Assembly (NCBI GenBank): GCA_002269645.1 | Contig: NIVC01001444.1 | Coordinates: 124,001 to 188,000 of the forward strand | Origin: Macrostomum lignano | Taxonomy: Eukaryota | Direction of reading: 5' to 3' | Length of the DNA: 64,000 bases | Shown: positions 14,902 to 53,447 of the stretch, in pieces | Layout of the letters: every line of letters begins with the position of its first letter | How positions within the stretch are numbered: the stretch's first letter is position 1 | Translations under genes and position numbers: made by a program | Notes under the pieces: generated by a model | What the model was told of the DNA's origin: nothing | The model's input: only the letters and a program-made list of their open reading frames with translations | Databases searched by the model: none

Positions 14902-17900
14902 GCAGTCAATCAAGCATCTTGCTATTCAATTTACGGACTTTTAACTTGCTTTATTTCTTAGCGCATTGTACTTTATTTGCCGTCAATGGCTTCTTAAAAC
15001 AAATCAATAAATCGAAAGTACTTAGTCTAGTCAGGGACCATAAAAAGTACATGCTTGCTAGGACCATGGACAACTAGACTACTCTAGTTGTCCATGGCTA
15101 GGAATTTAACGAGACCTCCTAACGAGGAACTTTGTTAATGAAGATTTAAAAAATTAAGATATTAAACGAGAAATTATGACCATCAAAACTTCTAAGAAAC
15201 GAAAGAAAACTGAGTACCGTTTTAACTGGACGGTTTTAAAATAATGTCCGATATTTCGCATTAATCAATATGATACACATGTATAAAGATTGCTACGTTT
15301 AAATGAATAATTTCCAGTCCAGTTGTTATTTATAGAGTCCATGTCCGCAGATCGCGAAAAGTTTCTTTTTGTGTTTTCTTATAGTCTAAAGCCGCTGAGC
15401 TGAAATCACGAAAACGAGACTGTTAATATCGCTTGCTTACTTTCTGCACCATCGTCCAGGCTGGGCCAGTGACTCTGGTTGAGGAAGACTGCTTCGATTG
15501 AGTCAGCGAGTGAGTAACTAACAGGCAGGCTATAGGCAGTATTAGCCGCAGGTGTTTGGGAATGAACCTAAGAGGCCTTAATAAGTGTAATTATCGGTAC
15601 ATGTATGCAGCTAGTCAGTTATTCCACAGGCACATGCTCACACAGGCTGTACAACTCTCGATCTGGAATTTGGCCCTCAAGGGCGAAATGCATTTTGGGC
15701 ATAGCAGTCAGGTATACATGTAATGCCTATGCAGCTTGATGGCCACGCCCACCTGTGTGATGCGAAAAAGAATTTATCGAGTCACGCAAATAGTTTAGTC
15801 AGTTTTGCAACAAAAAATCTCAGCAATATCAAGCTGAGCGCGTGTTTTTCCTTTTTATTTCTTCATCAGAGATTAACAACAATAAGACGTGATAAAAATG
15901 TTTTCACGCAACTAATTTCCTTGACTAATAATAATAAGTTTCTCTATTTTATCGATATAACACATTGTACTGCACATAAGTGACGAACTTTAGCCTGAAG
16001 ATTGCAGGTTCCTCGTCTTTCTTTAACTCTCCAATGATGCAGCGAACTATATTAAACATTGGTATAGAGCAATGCAGTTCAATAGCCTGCTATCTATCGA
16101 TTCCTTTGACTATTTAGACAATTAAATGTTATCATTTCAAGACAATTTTGCGACAAAACTTTGTTCGCACTTTGTTTCCTACAACTTTCACCCGTAAATT
16201 ATCCAGGAGACACCTGGAGGTCAGTCGAGACGGCAACATCAGACTCAGGAGACCTTCTGTGTTACCGAATACTTGGCAACAACTTAACAAAGTTAATCCA
16301 CTGGCTACTATTCTAATTTTCTAATTTCTATTAAAACAGCGGTTGCGACTGTGGCCATATCGATTTATTAAAATAATCGTCTGAATTTATTGAAAACAAT
16401 GTCCATAATGTACGAGAGGTGTTACAAAAGTTTTCTGATTTATGTTTACCGTGAACAACGGGAAAGTGCAAATGTACTAAAATCTTAGCCTTAACTGGGC
16501 AAGACCACAGATACTAAATAGCTAGATGGGCCACTCAGGCACATATACTTAGCAAAACAGCTTTCTACTTTCATTTCAGTAGCAAAGAAGAATACATAAG
16601 CTATTTTATAAAAAATAAAGGCAGCTGAGATGACTTTGATAAGTTTAGGAGCCCACAAGCTTGCAGGCGTAAACAACTTGCTAAATTGTTTAGCAATAAT
16701 GTACATTAGCCTGTCCATGGCAGCTTTAAACTGGAATTCCGAGAAGGGCAATAAAAATTGGGATGCACGGAGGGGTAGTGTGGAAAGGCGCGGTTGGAGA
16801 GTTCAAGCTTGGGGGAGCCAATAAATGAGCCTTGGCTTTAAAAATACATTAAAATGCTTGTTTCACTTACTACTGAACTGAAAGTAGCTTACACGCAAAT
16901 GTGCTGAGTGGCCCATCATAGTTATTCTAGCATATGTGGGCAAGACTAACTAAACATGTACATATGCTTAGTTAAGCTAAGAAAATTTCACCTCATTTTG
17001 GACATTGGATGTCATTCACAGTAAACAGAGTTCGGAAAATTGCAACAGCACTTGTACATGTAGAATTAAGTGCATTCTGCCCTAAACATAATGTATCGCT
17101 TACTAAGGACTACTATAGATACGGGACGGGAAAACTTCGTTTCTTGGAAAAAAAACAGTCAATCAAACTTGCCTTCGGTAACTATGCAAAAAATTGAGCC
17201 TTCAAAACATTAATTCCTACGAAACGAAGAGTCCCGCGCCGTACATTGATTCCAGTGTTCTTTGTGAAGACTTGAACTCGCTGCATCTAAACCCGACTGC
17301 TATTGTATATAGGCTGCGAATATTGTATAGATTTTCTAATATTGTCGCGTTAATACCCACCAATACTCCCTACCTCGACTTTGGGTGAGGATATTGTGCT
17401 AAGCAATGCGACTGGCAACCTCTCTTGAATCTGTGGTCCCGCGATATTTTCCTATTATTTTTCCACCCAGACCCGATGGTTTCTCACCTGCCTGCATCAT
17501 CAAATTATTATTTTCCGTTGTAACACGAAACAATTCGAATCAGCATGGCAGTTTTTACTCATAGAGAATAATTTTACAAAGCAATTGAAAATAAATAGTT
17601 GTGCTGTTGATTGAGTTCAGCAGTTCAGACATTGTTGAGACACTGTTGTTTTTTGTCTCGATACGTTAAAATTTAGCAAGGTTGGATTTGCTTGAATTCT
17701 ATTTACGGAGCTCGATATATTGGCTCTGATTACTCGGAGCCTGCATGGGTAAAAATTGATACCGCGGATCTGCTTCGTACCATCCCTACAGGATGTAATC
17801 GACACTTATTTTCTGGCGTTCATTTTTGTGCCTATAAATGCTTCTGGGGCGTAGCCCGAAACAGCATCTATTGTTACTAAATATAGAAAGTTTTAAGACC

Positions 17901-18229
17901 ATTCCAATCTGCTTCTTTTTCTTCACGGGCAAATGGAAATATTCTGCTTTTGTCGCTTGAATTTTGCCGGGCACCTACATCACATCGTCAGCCTGGGGTT
18001 TAATTAGCTAAAATATGCCAATGAAAAGTGAAGTGCACACAATTGTGAATGACAGACCTCAGTGTGTGTTTACCTGTGCAAGTTTTATGAATTTTTTGTT
18101 TTTTTTATTAACAAAACTCTTTAGCTTGCATTCCCGGGCTCCAATCGCGTCTTTCAGCTGGTATAGTAGGTCTTGGTGTTGCAACGCAGAACGGTCTCGG
18201 GCGCTACAGCGCCCGCCTCTGCTGGTCAA

Positions 18230-18510
18230 GTAATTAGGGTCTCGTTCTGCCCGACACTAACAAAAACAGCAACCAAAGTCTATCAAGCTGTCGCTGGACG
18301 CCCTCAACCGTCGAGGAAAGCAGGGCGAGATCGTTGGCGTAGCCAAGCACGCTGAGCCGCAGCCGCCTCTCCGGTTGGCGTAGACCAACAGTCGTCGTAG
18401 CAAGAAGCCATCTTGGTTAGAAGGCAGAACACTCCGCAGCACCCCAGTCAAGCACCAGAACAAACAAGACGGTGCGAGTACATGTTATCTCCTTTGGAGC
18501 ACCCCAGAGG
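18230..18510 (-). pseudogene. Degenerate non-LTR retrotransposon reverse-transcriptase fragment (RTE-like)
   Basis: Minus strand gives GVLQ(G)D..LAP.LFVLVLDW.LRSVLP..QDGFLLRR and RLSVLGYANDLALLSSTVEGVQRQLDRL. These match the RT motifs QGD.LAP and YADD, here mutated to YAND, with frameshifts. Confidence 0.75.
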
Positions 18511-19511
18511 CTTTCACAGCAGATAGTAGAAGTACATTGTACTACTTATTAGATACTGACACCCCCCAAGCAAGCCAAATTTAAGCATTTTTAGTTCTTC
18601 TCAATTCCTATTTCTAAGTGATAACCCGCTGCGCTCACTGTTACCTGATATTCACACATTCACATTTTTTATTTAAAAAAAAGAGATATTCGACTTCGAA
18701 CCGAAAAACGAGAAATCTTTTTCACGCCCCTGCCTAATAAACTCCATTAATTTTAAGCTAGCCACCTGTAGCAATACATATTGCATGAGCCTACAACGTT
18801 AATTATCGGTACCATTTTTATCGCGTTGACGTTGGATTACAACCAACCAACAATACTAAACCGATGTGCTTTGGTAGGGCGGGTCAATCCAGTTGCCAGC
18901 CCGCCGGCCATTTATCAGCCAGACATTTACCAGCCAGATGTTTGCAAGCCAAGACGTTTATCGATCTAGGTACGTGTGTACTTTGAACGAACAAACATTG
19001 TAGTTCATTATCTAGTACAAAGTACAAAGCTTGTTATTCATGGATTATTAAAATACTAAAGTATGGCTAACGAGGGTGTCTCTACTAAATGCATATCATT
19101 GATACACGTAGACGTGAATTCTCAATGAAAAAAATTGTACAGTATCTATGCTATTTTGACTACTAGTGAGTAGTCTGTTAAGTAATATGTATCTACAGAG
19201 ATTTACACAGTATATAGCAGTAGATTTGGTCTTGCCTACAGATAAAAGAAGGATTCGGCCATAGACAGCACTAAGAAGGGTGCCAGTGGCAACCTCTCTC
19301 ATACTCTCTGTCGTCGTGAATTTCAAAGTTTATATTGTTAAATAATGAAGAATTCCATTTCAAATTTAACAATAGATTACATTTTTTCAATCCAGGTTCA
19401 CAATCGTCAGTCTGTTGTCTTCAGCTACATCAAACCTGCGCACAATTTATTTAATCCCAAACAGTAATTAGCCAGATCGAAAAGTCACCAAAATAGAGAG
19501 ACTGGCACAAA

Positions 19512-22500
19512 CTACTCCAGCACTTCCGCGCGCTTCTGCGCCACGCGCTCCTGGCGCCGCTTCCTGGCCTCTCTGGCGCGGGTCCGCCTGGCCTCGGCCT
19601 GGTCCATGAGCTGCTTAGTGCGAGCCCGCTCCGCCTTCTTCCTGTGGATGTGCTCAACCAGCACGCGCTTGTTCTTGAACCCGTTGCCCTTGCAGCTCAT
19701 GTACAGCTGGTGGTACAGGTGCTTGTCGAGCTTCTTAGCCTCGCGGTAGCGCTTGAGCAGGCGGCGAAGCACGCGCATGCGGCGCATCCAGAGCACCTTC
19801 TCGGGCATGCGCGCGTTAGCCGTGCCCTTGCGCTTGCCCTGGCCCATGTGGCGGCCCTTGCGCCTGGCGATCAGGTTCTTGCGGCAGCGGGCACGCGAGT
19901 GGACAGCAACCGGCTTGCGGATGATCAGGCCGTCCTTGACCAGCTTGCGAATGTTCTGCCGACTGTTGGCATTGGCGATCTCGCTGTTCTCGTTGGGATC
20001 CAGCCAGATCTTGGCTTTGCCGCACTTCAGCACGGCAGCGGCAAGCCGCTTTTGCAGGCGCAGGTTGCTGTGATCGAAGGGGGGGTTGTGAGATTTTATA
20101 GCACTGGGTCATTGTCAAATTATGTTAGCGGGGCTAGCGTGATAATAAATTTGATAATAAAATAAGGCAATTCTAGAATAATCACTATAAGTTTATAGCA
20201 CTCTCACTTCATTTTCAGTGCATGATAGACATGGGTCAAGTGAAGTGAGTAACGAGTACAACTATGAATTATGTAATAGGCCAATAACGGCATTATTATA
20301 TTTTTGTAATTATCATAAATGGACAATTGGAATAAACCAGATTACAACTTGAGCCAACTAATTCAATAAAAGTTAGGTAATCCATCTTTTAAGTACATGG
20401 TTATGTAATACAAGTTTACAATTAATGGTTTTGTTGTGACACAAAAGATTTTATGACTATAGAAACATGTTGACTATGCTGTATGGAAAGGCAGAATTAG
20501 AAAAATATATAAAATTGGAGGGCAGATTTTAACTCACAAGTAAAGGCACTACAATATACACTAGAGGGGTGCAATACCAAGCAAACTGAAGGCAGTGAGG
20601 ACCTTTTTTAGGGCAAAGTTTATAACAGTTATTAGGAGGCTTAGGAGGCTATTTTTGGAATTTCTTTTAAGTTTTGGTTTATCATTATATTTTCTTACAA
20701 TTTTTTTAGGTCTTCATAAAAAGAAGAAGGCACCAGCTTTGGTGGCTCCTTGACCATAGCTTATCAATTTTAAATTTACAGTTGATCAATTTTGACAATT
20801 TTGGTTTATTCAAAAAATAAGTTGTTTTTGCAAAGTAATATTTAATTGAATGATACAATTGTATGTTCTTTAATCTTTATCTTAGAATAAATAGTGCTAT
20901 ACTTATATTATGGTAATATAATATTAGTGTTTTTACTATTGTATAATTGTTTTTTTTATATTAAGGTCTCTTCAATGCAAAGTAAGCAAATAAATAAATA
21001 AATAAATAAATAAATAAATGAATGATAAATAAAAAGATAAATAGATAAAATAGATAAATAAGTCTTTAATAAATAAATGTTAAATATTATTTATCATTTG
21101 TTTAGTTATAAGCATAGAGATAAGTAAAAAAACATATTTGTATACAATACAAGGTTGCATAAATTAATTATATATACTTAAATCATAACTTCTTATTTAC
21201 TTTAATAGTATTCTTTGTTTATATTTGACATATAGCATCTATATTGATCTTTTTATTTTTTATTAACTTTGCTTAATACTAGGGACTCTAATAATAAGAT
21301 TTAAAAGTTATAGCATATTAAAAGATATATCCTAACTAGAGATGTTCCAAAAGTGCACTTGGTACAATGATGAGTGCAAAGTGCAAATGAAAAGTGCATT
21401 TTCTCTTGAAATAAAAATTGAAAACAAAATTTATTGACACTTTTTACTTTTGATCTATTGCTCATGCAAAACAAAATACATGTAGCATAAAATAGTATAT
21501 TTCAGCCATTGGACAAGTAGAGTTCCTTATTGTTGCTACTCTGAATTCAAAAACTTTTTTGCCACAAAAACCATAAAATCTAGTTACCTCTTGATACTAG
21601 CATGGGTGTATGTATATATAATGTAGTCTGATATATAGTAATGGTAACTGTATAAAAGGATAATTCTAACAATACTACTAGGACGGAGCTAGCAGGAGAT
21701 TAAGCTATGGAAAAATATGAATCATGTGTATTATGCTATTTATACAGTATCATGCAAGCAAATAGATGACTACATGCAAAAGATAGACAAGTAACCCTCA
21801 TTTCATATGCTTTTCTTTATGCATAGAACTTTCTCTTGCTCTTTTGTATCTTACATAATATCACTCAATGTATATTAGGTTAATGTATATATCATTGAAT
21901 AGCAATAATCACAATTGATTAAACTATATATGTACATATATCTTTGTATTGTAATATGCACAAAATATACAATATATTAGCAAAACACTTTTACAATTCT
22001 TTTAAGTTCTGCAAAATTTACGAAAACTTATAGTTCCACAACTATACTACTTATATAAAACAGTTTTAACAAATCTAAAACTACATTTAAAAAATGGTAA
22101 AAAATATCACTGATTCAAGTCCAAGACAGTATTTAAAAAGTTAAAAAATATTAAAAATAGATAAAAAAAATTGAAACTAGGCCTAGACACTTCTAAAATT
22201 TGACTTTTGTAATTTTTTTCAACTAAAAATTTGCTCTAAAAATCTTGTAATTTGGAAAATTGAAATTGAAATAAAAATTTCAAAACATCTTTAATTCTAA
22301 CTAAGGACAACAAAGCAAACTTGTTAAGAAAGTAAAAACAAAAAATTGTCAAAATATATATAAAATACAAGAGTAGATAAGAATTGAAAAATAGTTTAAT
22401 ATATTAGAATTTACTTAGCTTTTTAAAATATAATTAATTAATTAATAGGCCCCCCTAATGACTTTATATTAAAACTCATATTATAATATTTCAACCTAAT

Positions 22501-23847
22501 GAAAGCTTGATATAATGGTTTCCATGCATTTCGGTGCCTGTGCTTTTTGGTGCACGGCATTTTGGTGCCCCAGATTGCCTTTCGATGCCCCAGTTTATAT
22601 TACGCCAAAATGATGATAATAAAAAAGAAATCCTATAACAAATATAATAAATACTTTACAAAACGTTTGATTTTTTTAATAAAAGCAGTATTAATTTTGT
22701 TAAACTGGCATGTTTCTTTAAATTGGAAATATCTGTTCAATTTAATTGTATACATTTGCTATATCCTATATATACAATATAAGCTGGCTGCACTCAGCAA
22801 GCGTGCTAGTGCTATGAAGACTTAGTTAGGAAAGTTAAAATCCATCAACAATGCTACATGTAGTTTTGATTGAAATTATGAAATGTGATAAGTCTACATG
22901 TATTTTAGTTACTATTGATTTTTTGAATCACCCAATCATGTTTTATTTTATAAAACTGCCTAGGAAATGAAGCGAGTATTATTTAATGAACTGAAATCTT
23001 TTTGGGTATAACTATTGGACTATAATCTATAAGATTTTATTACAAGCGCATTTGGGGCATTAGTTTAAAATTTTGATGTGGCTAAGACGCGCAGCTATAG
23101 CGACATGTAAGTAAATCGAATCGAGTAGGCCTAATCAAAAACCATTTTTTGAATTCATTAAAACAGCAGGTCAGCTTAACTAAATGAATAATACCTTATT
23201 TTTTAAAGTAAATAAGTACCGCAAAGACAAAGCACTTACTGCTAAATTAGAGCTCAATCTCTATATTGTGTGTCCAATTCTAATGTATAATTTGGGCACC
23301 GAAATGATGGGCACCAAAAAGCACAGGCACTGAAAAGTGTGGATACCAATATAATTATAGGCCTATGTAAAAAAGTTTTTAAAATAGGCCTAGTACTAAT
23401 TTTCTTTTTTACAAAAAGTTTTTTCTCTTCTTTATAGTTTAAAATTTCTTTTTATTCTATGTAACTGCATTGAGAATTTGTTTATGTGTAAACAACCCAC
23501 CTTTCTTCAAATAAGCTTTTTGTAGTGTACATATTGACAGGTCCTTTTGCTGAAGTCCCATACCCTTGGCCTTACTACTACCTACTATTACTGTCTTAAT
23601 AAATCTTATCAAGAACACTTTGATATACAGTCATAGAAATATTTCTGCACTATATATTATACCATTTTTTTTAATAAACAAACTAATAGTATAAAATATA
23701 TATCAAAAATTGTGAGATAAAAATAAATCTTAATTTTTTATGGCAATGCCAATAAATGTCAGATACTTGTCATTGAACCGGAAATATGATAACGAAGATA
23801 GCATGCAAGTGAAGAGAAGAAAACAGACAGAAAATTTCTTACCTCAT
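19512..23847 (-). CDS. RPL19: 60S ribosomal protein L19 (eL19), join(23843..23847,19512..20067), 186 aa
   Basis: Exon 2 translates to [26 protein letters not shown]...[22 protein letters not shown]..., which is unmistakably eL19. Acceptor ccccttcgatcacAG at 20068-20069. The best first exon is ATGAG|GTAAG at 23847-23843, giving [10 protein letters not shown] (the same 5-nt first coding exon as human RPL19). AATAAA at 19446-19451 (minus). Confidence 0.95.
22516..23348. mobile_element. MITE-like non-autonomous DNA transposon inside RPL19 intron 1
   Basis: 57-bp imperfect terminal inverted repeats (47/57 identical by hand alignment; TGGT(T/A)TCCA...GTGCCTGTGCTTTTTGGTGC...). ATATAA directly flanks both ends (22510-22515 and 23349-23354). 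AT-rich non-coding interior. Confidence 0.75.
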
Positions 23848-25460
23848 TTGAATAGCTTAGATTATTCTCGTGGCAAATCTCAGCTCTTCTCCGCGTACAA
23901 TTAAAAGATACAATATTTTATTTACTGCAGGCGAACATTGCAAACGCTAGGAGACTTAATTTTAAAATGTGCCATTGTGTAACAATGGAGGATGGTATTG
24001 GTATACTTATTTACTTTATAAACATACTTTTTTCTACCCTGACTATTTTTGTTTTTTTCACTAGCTCGAAGTTTTTATAAGCATCACAGATTTTGTTTTA
24101 ACTATTTTTTTACGGAAGGTAAGACAGATTTTACACCTTGCTATTCTTTTGGACTAATTAGTTCAATCAATGGTTTGTGTTGCTAAAGAGTGAAATCAAT
24201 TATCTTATTTCTTTATCCGACTTAAATAAGGAAACGTCAGCACTATATTGGAGAAATAGGGTTCCTGAGAATTCTTACAAGACGAATCGCCGGCCGAGAT
24301 TTGCCCGCAGTGCTTTATATGCAGGGTATTTAGCCCCGCGGCAGATTCTTCCTGCATTGCATTTTTCTACTATGCTTAGCAAGTATTGATAAAGAGAATA
24401 AGGGGACATATAAAGCGACACCTTGCATATGTATCAATAGCTCATGCACTGCATGATACCGGCCCTATACATATATATGCGTTTAGAAATTATAAAGGGC
24501 CTGCTATCCTCCACGAGAAAAATCAAATTTCGGCAAATTTCGGCAAATTTCGGTAAACTGAAAAATATATAATTTATATAAAACGATCTTGTCAGAAACG
24601 AGTTTTTTGTTTGTTTGGAAAAACCAGTTTTTTGTTTCATTGGTGACTTTTATTCTGACTTCCTCCGATTTTAAACTATTATTAGTTGCAAGACAGTACA
24701 GTACACTTACACACCTCGCGTCTTGGCTTCTGTTTTTCTTATACGACCTAATTCTGATAGCGTACAGCGTACAGTGTATTTTGTTGTTGTTGACATGTAT
24801 AATGTAAGCCGCATATTTCGTGCATGAATTGCATGAAGTGTGATTCAGGACACGAAAGTATGCACAATGTGCATAGGCAAGAGAATCTCAAGAGACAAGC
24901 AGTAGGCGGCTGCACAAGTCCCTCTGCTAGCGAAAGCTGCATGTAGTAATGAAAGAAATTACTGATAAATCACAGCATGATTTGAATGCCAGAATTAGAC
25001 CCGGACGCTAACCCGGGTTGTTATTAAGTGAGTTTTGCGCCCCCCAAAGCGTGCTATATTCTGCTCAGCTTTCAGATGAAGCTGCGTTGAACATGCATTA
25101 GTTCAACTCCTGCCACCTCCTTAGCTCTCCTAACAATTCGATTTCTAATACAGAAATACATTGGGAATATTTTGGCCAATCAGACACGCAGTGTCCTGTC
25201 AAGAGAGGCCGGCCGATCTAGGGAATTCGCGCGTCCGAGACAGCAAAATTGGGATTCCATTGGGGGAGTCGGTTTCCCAGCAACTCTCGGCCCTCCACGC
25301 ACGGTTAACCCAGAGTGGGGGTAATGACCTCCGCCGCCCTGCTGAAAAGCGTTGAACCGAATGAAAACACGAAAAAACTTCGCGGTTCCAAATGAAGATC
25401 GCAGAGCTTGCGTCCTGTTGTTGCTAGGCGCAAATGACCGATTTGAGAAGGGCAAAGCCA

Positions 25461-38882
<13,422 letters not shown>

Positions 38883-39039
38883 GCAGTTCGCTTCCATTGG
38901 AAACCTACTAATGTTTGACTTCAAAGCAAAAATGCCTACAAAACTTTCTTGCGTATTTAATTTTGTCTAATTTATCACCGAGATTGGCTTTAGCACCGAT
39001 CTGTGGCAGGTAATTCTGAGACCTGATTCTGAACCCAGC

Positions 39040-39345
39040 ATCTCTGATGAAGGGACTCCTGACATCTCTGATGAAGGGACTACTGACACCTCTGATGAAG
39101 GGACTACTGACATCTCTGATGAAGGGACTCCTGACACCTCTGATGAAGGGACTCCTGACACCTCTGATGAAGGGACTCCTGACACCTCTGATGAAGGGAC
39201 TCCTGACATCTCTGATAAAGGGACTACTGACATCTCTGATAAAGGGACTACTGACATCTCTGATGAAGGGACTCCTGACATCTCTGATGAAGGGACTCCT
39301 GACACCTCTGATGAAGGGACTCCTGACACCTCTGATGAAGGGACT
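39040..39345. repeat. 24-bp minisatellite CCTGACA(C/T)CTCTGATGAAGGGACT downstream of the CARP stop
   Basis: Direct reading; 8-aa periodic artefact ORFs. Confidence 0.95.
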
Positions 39346-40161
39346 GTTGATATCTTTTAATCTGAATAAAATTATCAGGCTCTCATATGAAAAGTAATGC
39401 AAAGACTTATGATAACCGCGTGTAAGTGCGAATGTATCAGCAATTATAAATACACAAGCAACATTTTCCATGTATATCTATAGAAATTAGAATTGAGTTG
39501 GTTAGACTCATTTTTTAGTTTTAATAATAAACGTTTAACGTGTGCGGAGTTCGTCATTTAGTTGGGCACATTTGGGATTAGCAAGAGAGTGAACACATTC
39601 TGGTGCAAAACAACAATGCTGCGAGAGGGTGACATTGCCTGGGATTAGGCAGTTTATACATGACGATCAAGGTGAAAATTGCATCACAAAACTCGTAAGA
39701 CAATTCAAATTCGCGCCAAAATAAAGTATGGTCAATTATAGCGCATAATATCATAATACTATCATGTCCGCCCCCGTTACTCGTAAAATAAGCTGCTTTA
39801 AATACGACAGAGTGAAAACCATTTATCTTAATTATAAAGCGTAAAATCTCGTGTTAAAATTTTCCGGGTTTTAGTGGGAATTTAAATTTCAAATCATCCA
39901 TTGATCTGAGCATTGCGACAAGGACTTGCATATTTTGATCAGATAAAATGATAAATTAAATAGTGCTTGCAACAGGAATATGAACCAAATTGACTACTGT
40001 CAGAATAGATGTTAAAGTAGCGAGTGCTGAATGGTAGATTATTTATTATATAAGGAGAACGAGTTTTCACCGCCCTACTTTAGCTGTACATTCCGCTTGA
40101 AGCCCTTCATAACCTGGAGCTACTATAAATGAACATAAATCGTATAGTAATATTTGGGGTT

Positions 40162-40360
40162 GGGGGGCGTAGCCTAGTGGTTAGATGTCGGACTCACGAC
40201 CGAAAGGTCAGATTTTTTACCCTAAATTTGTGTCTTTGAAATTCAGGGTGTGTGGCTCCTTGGACTGAACAGCCGTACGCAGCCTTCAGATAATAGCTGC
40301 GGCTGAGCTGTCGGTGCACATCTGCTTATTAGGGCAGGTATAATCTATTATTATATTAAT
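40162..40360 (+). mobile_element. tRNA-derived SINE, internally deleted copy
   Basis: Head GGGGGCGTAGCCTAGTGGTTAGA and 3' part TTGGACTGAACAGCCGTACGCAGCCTTCAGAT...TTAGGGCAGGTATAAT shared with the copies at 42457, 48287 and 54818. Confidence 0.8.
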
Positions 40361-40957
40361 AATAAATAAACAATTATGAAAGACAAATAGGAGAAGCAGA
40401 CAGTACAGTGATATGATAGACACGAAACACAGAAGTATTCTCTGCAATATGAAGAGGTGCATTGTGATGAGACAACAAATTGAATATGTCTGCTTAGTAG
40501 CTAGATATATTGCAAACAAAACCAAATGAAATTATTAAAACCCGTCAGTTCAATTGAGGACAATGGGCTGGTTGATTCATGTGTTCATATGCTTAATACA
40601 GATGCTTATCACAAATAGTCGTTGGGTGGACTTCTAGCTTAGGACAGTGGGCTTCTGACTGTTTAAAAGTCTGTGCAGAATTCGCTGAGACAATAAGATA
40701 TGGGGAACCTTTGCGGTTCTCGGCGTGCACTTCATATCGGGTGCAGATCCCGCTGGGAGGCTGGGCGCCTCATCTTGGCTGGAGGAGCTGAAAAGAAGCG
40801 CAAAGTTTTAAAATACCTGAGCAAGATGTTTGATTATAAGTCACTGCCGACACCAAACCCGACCTACTGACACAATACCCACCCTTTCTGACACAAAACA
40901 CTTCTGACAAAGTGCCCGCCACACTATTAAAATATCGCGATACTGACAACTGCTGCG

Positions 40958-41632
40958 CAGCTGACCCAACAATTAGCTGACACTACAGATAAGCAGCTGA
41001 CACAACAATTAGCTGACACAACATCCACTCAGCTGACTACAGATAAACAGCTGACCCAACAATTAGCTGATACTACAGATAAGCACCCAACAATTAGCTG
41101 ATACTACAGATAAGCAGCTGACCCAACAATTAGCTGATACTACAGATAAACAGCTGACCCAACAATTAGCTGATACTACAGATAAACAGCTGACCCAACA
41201 ATTAGCTGATACTACAGATAAACAGCTGACCCAACAATTAGCTGATACTACAGATAAACAGCTGACCCAACAATTAGCTGATACTACAGATAAGCACCCA
41301 GCTGACACAACATCCACTCAGCTGACACAACAGCCACATAACAATAAGCACCCAGCTGACACAACATCCACTCAGCTGACACAACAGCTACATAACTAAT
41401 ACAATAAGCACCCAGCTGACACGACATCCACTCAGCTGACACAACATCCACCCAGCTGACACAACATCCACCCAGCTGACACAACATCCACCCAGCTGAC
41501 ACAACATCCACTCAGCTGACACAACATCCACTCAGCTGACACAACATCCACCTAGCTGACACAACATCCACTCAGCTGACACAACATCCACCCAGCTGAC
41601 ACAACATCCACCCAGCTGACACAACAGCCACT
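40958..41632. repeat. Compound minisatellite: 36-bp CAGCTGACCCAACAATTAGCTGATACTACAGATAA(A/G) then 20-bp CAGCTGACACAACATCCAC(C/T)
   Basis: Direct reading. Confidence 0.93.
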
Positions 41633-41678
41633 CACTTGCGCACTTCAAGGTTCCAGCAGCCGGCAGGTGGCCTAAAAT

Positions 41679-53447
<11,769 letters not shown>

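Noticed and set aside
19644-20165. Plus-strand ORFs of 173 aa and 106 aa
   Set aside because: Antisense shadows of the GC-rich RPL19 exon.
20208-20212. Nearby RPL19 first exon ATGAA|GTGAG
   Set aside because: It gives a Met-Asn start. ATGAG|GTAAG at 23847 gives the conserved Met-Ser start and a better donor. Kept only as an alternative.
20560-21420. hAT-like ends (TAGAGGGGTG, TAGAGATG) in the AT-rich intron
   Set aside because: No matching inverted partner or 8-bp TSD could be found by eye.
39040-39345. Hammerhead ribozyme or C/D snoRNA array (CTGATGA and CTGA in each 24-bp unit)
   Set aside because: There is no GAAA/NUH or stem architecture for a hammerhead, and 24-bp spacing is too short for a C/D snoRNA.
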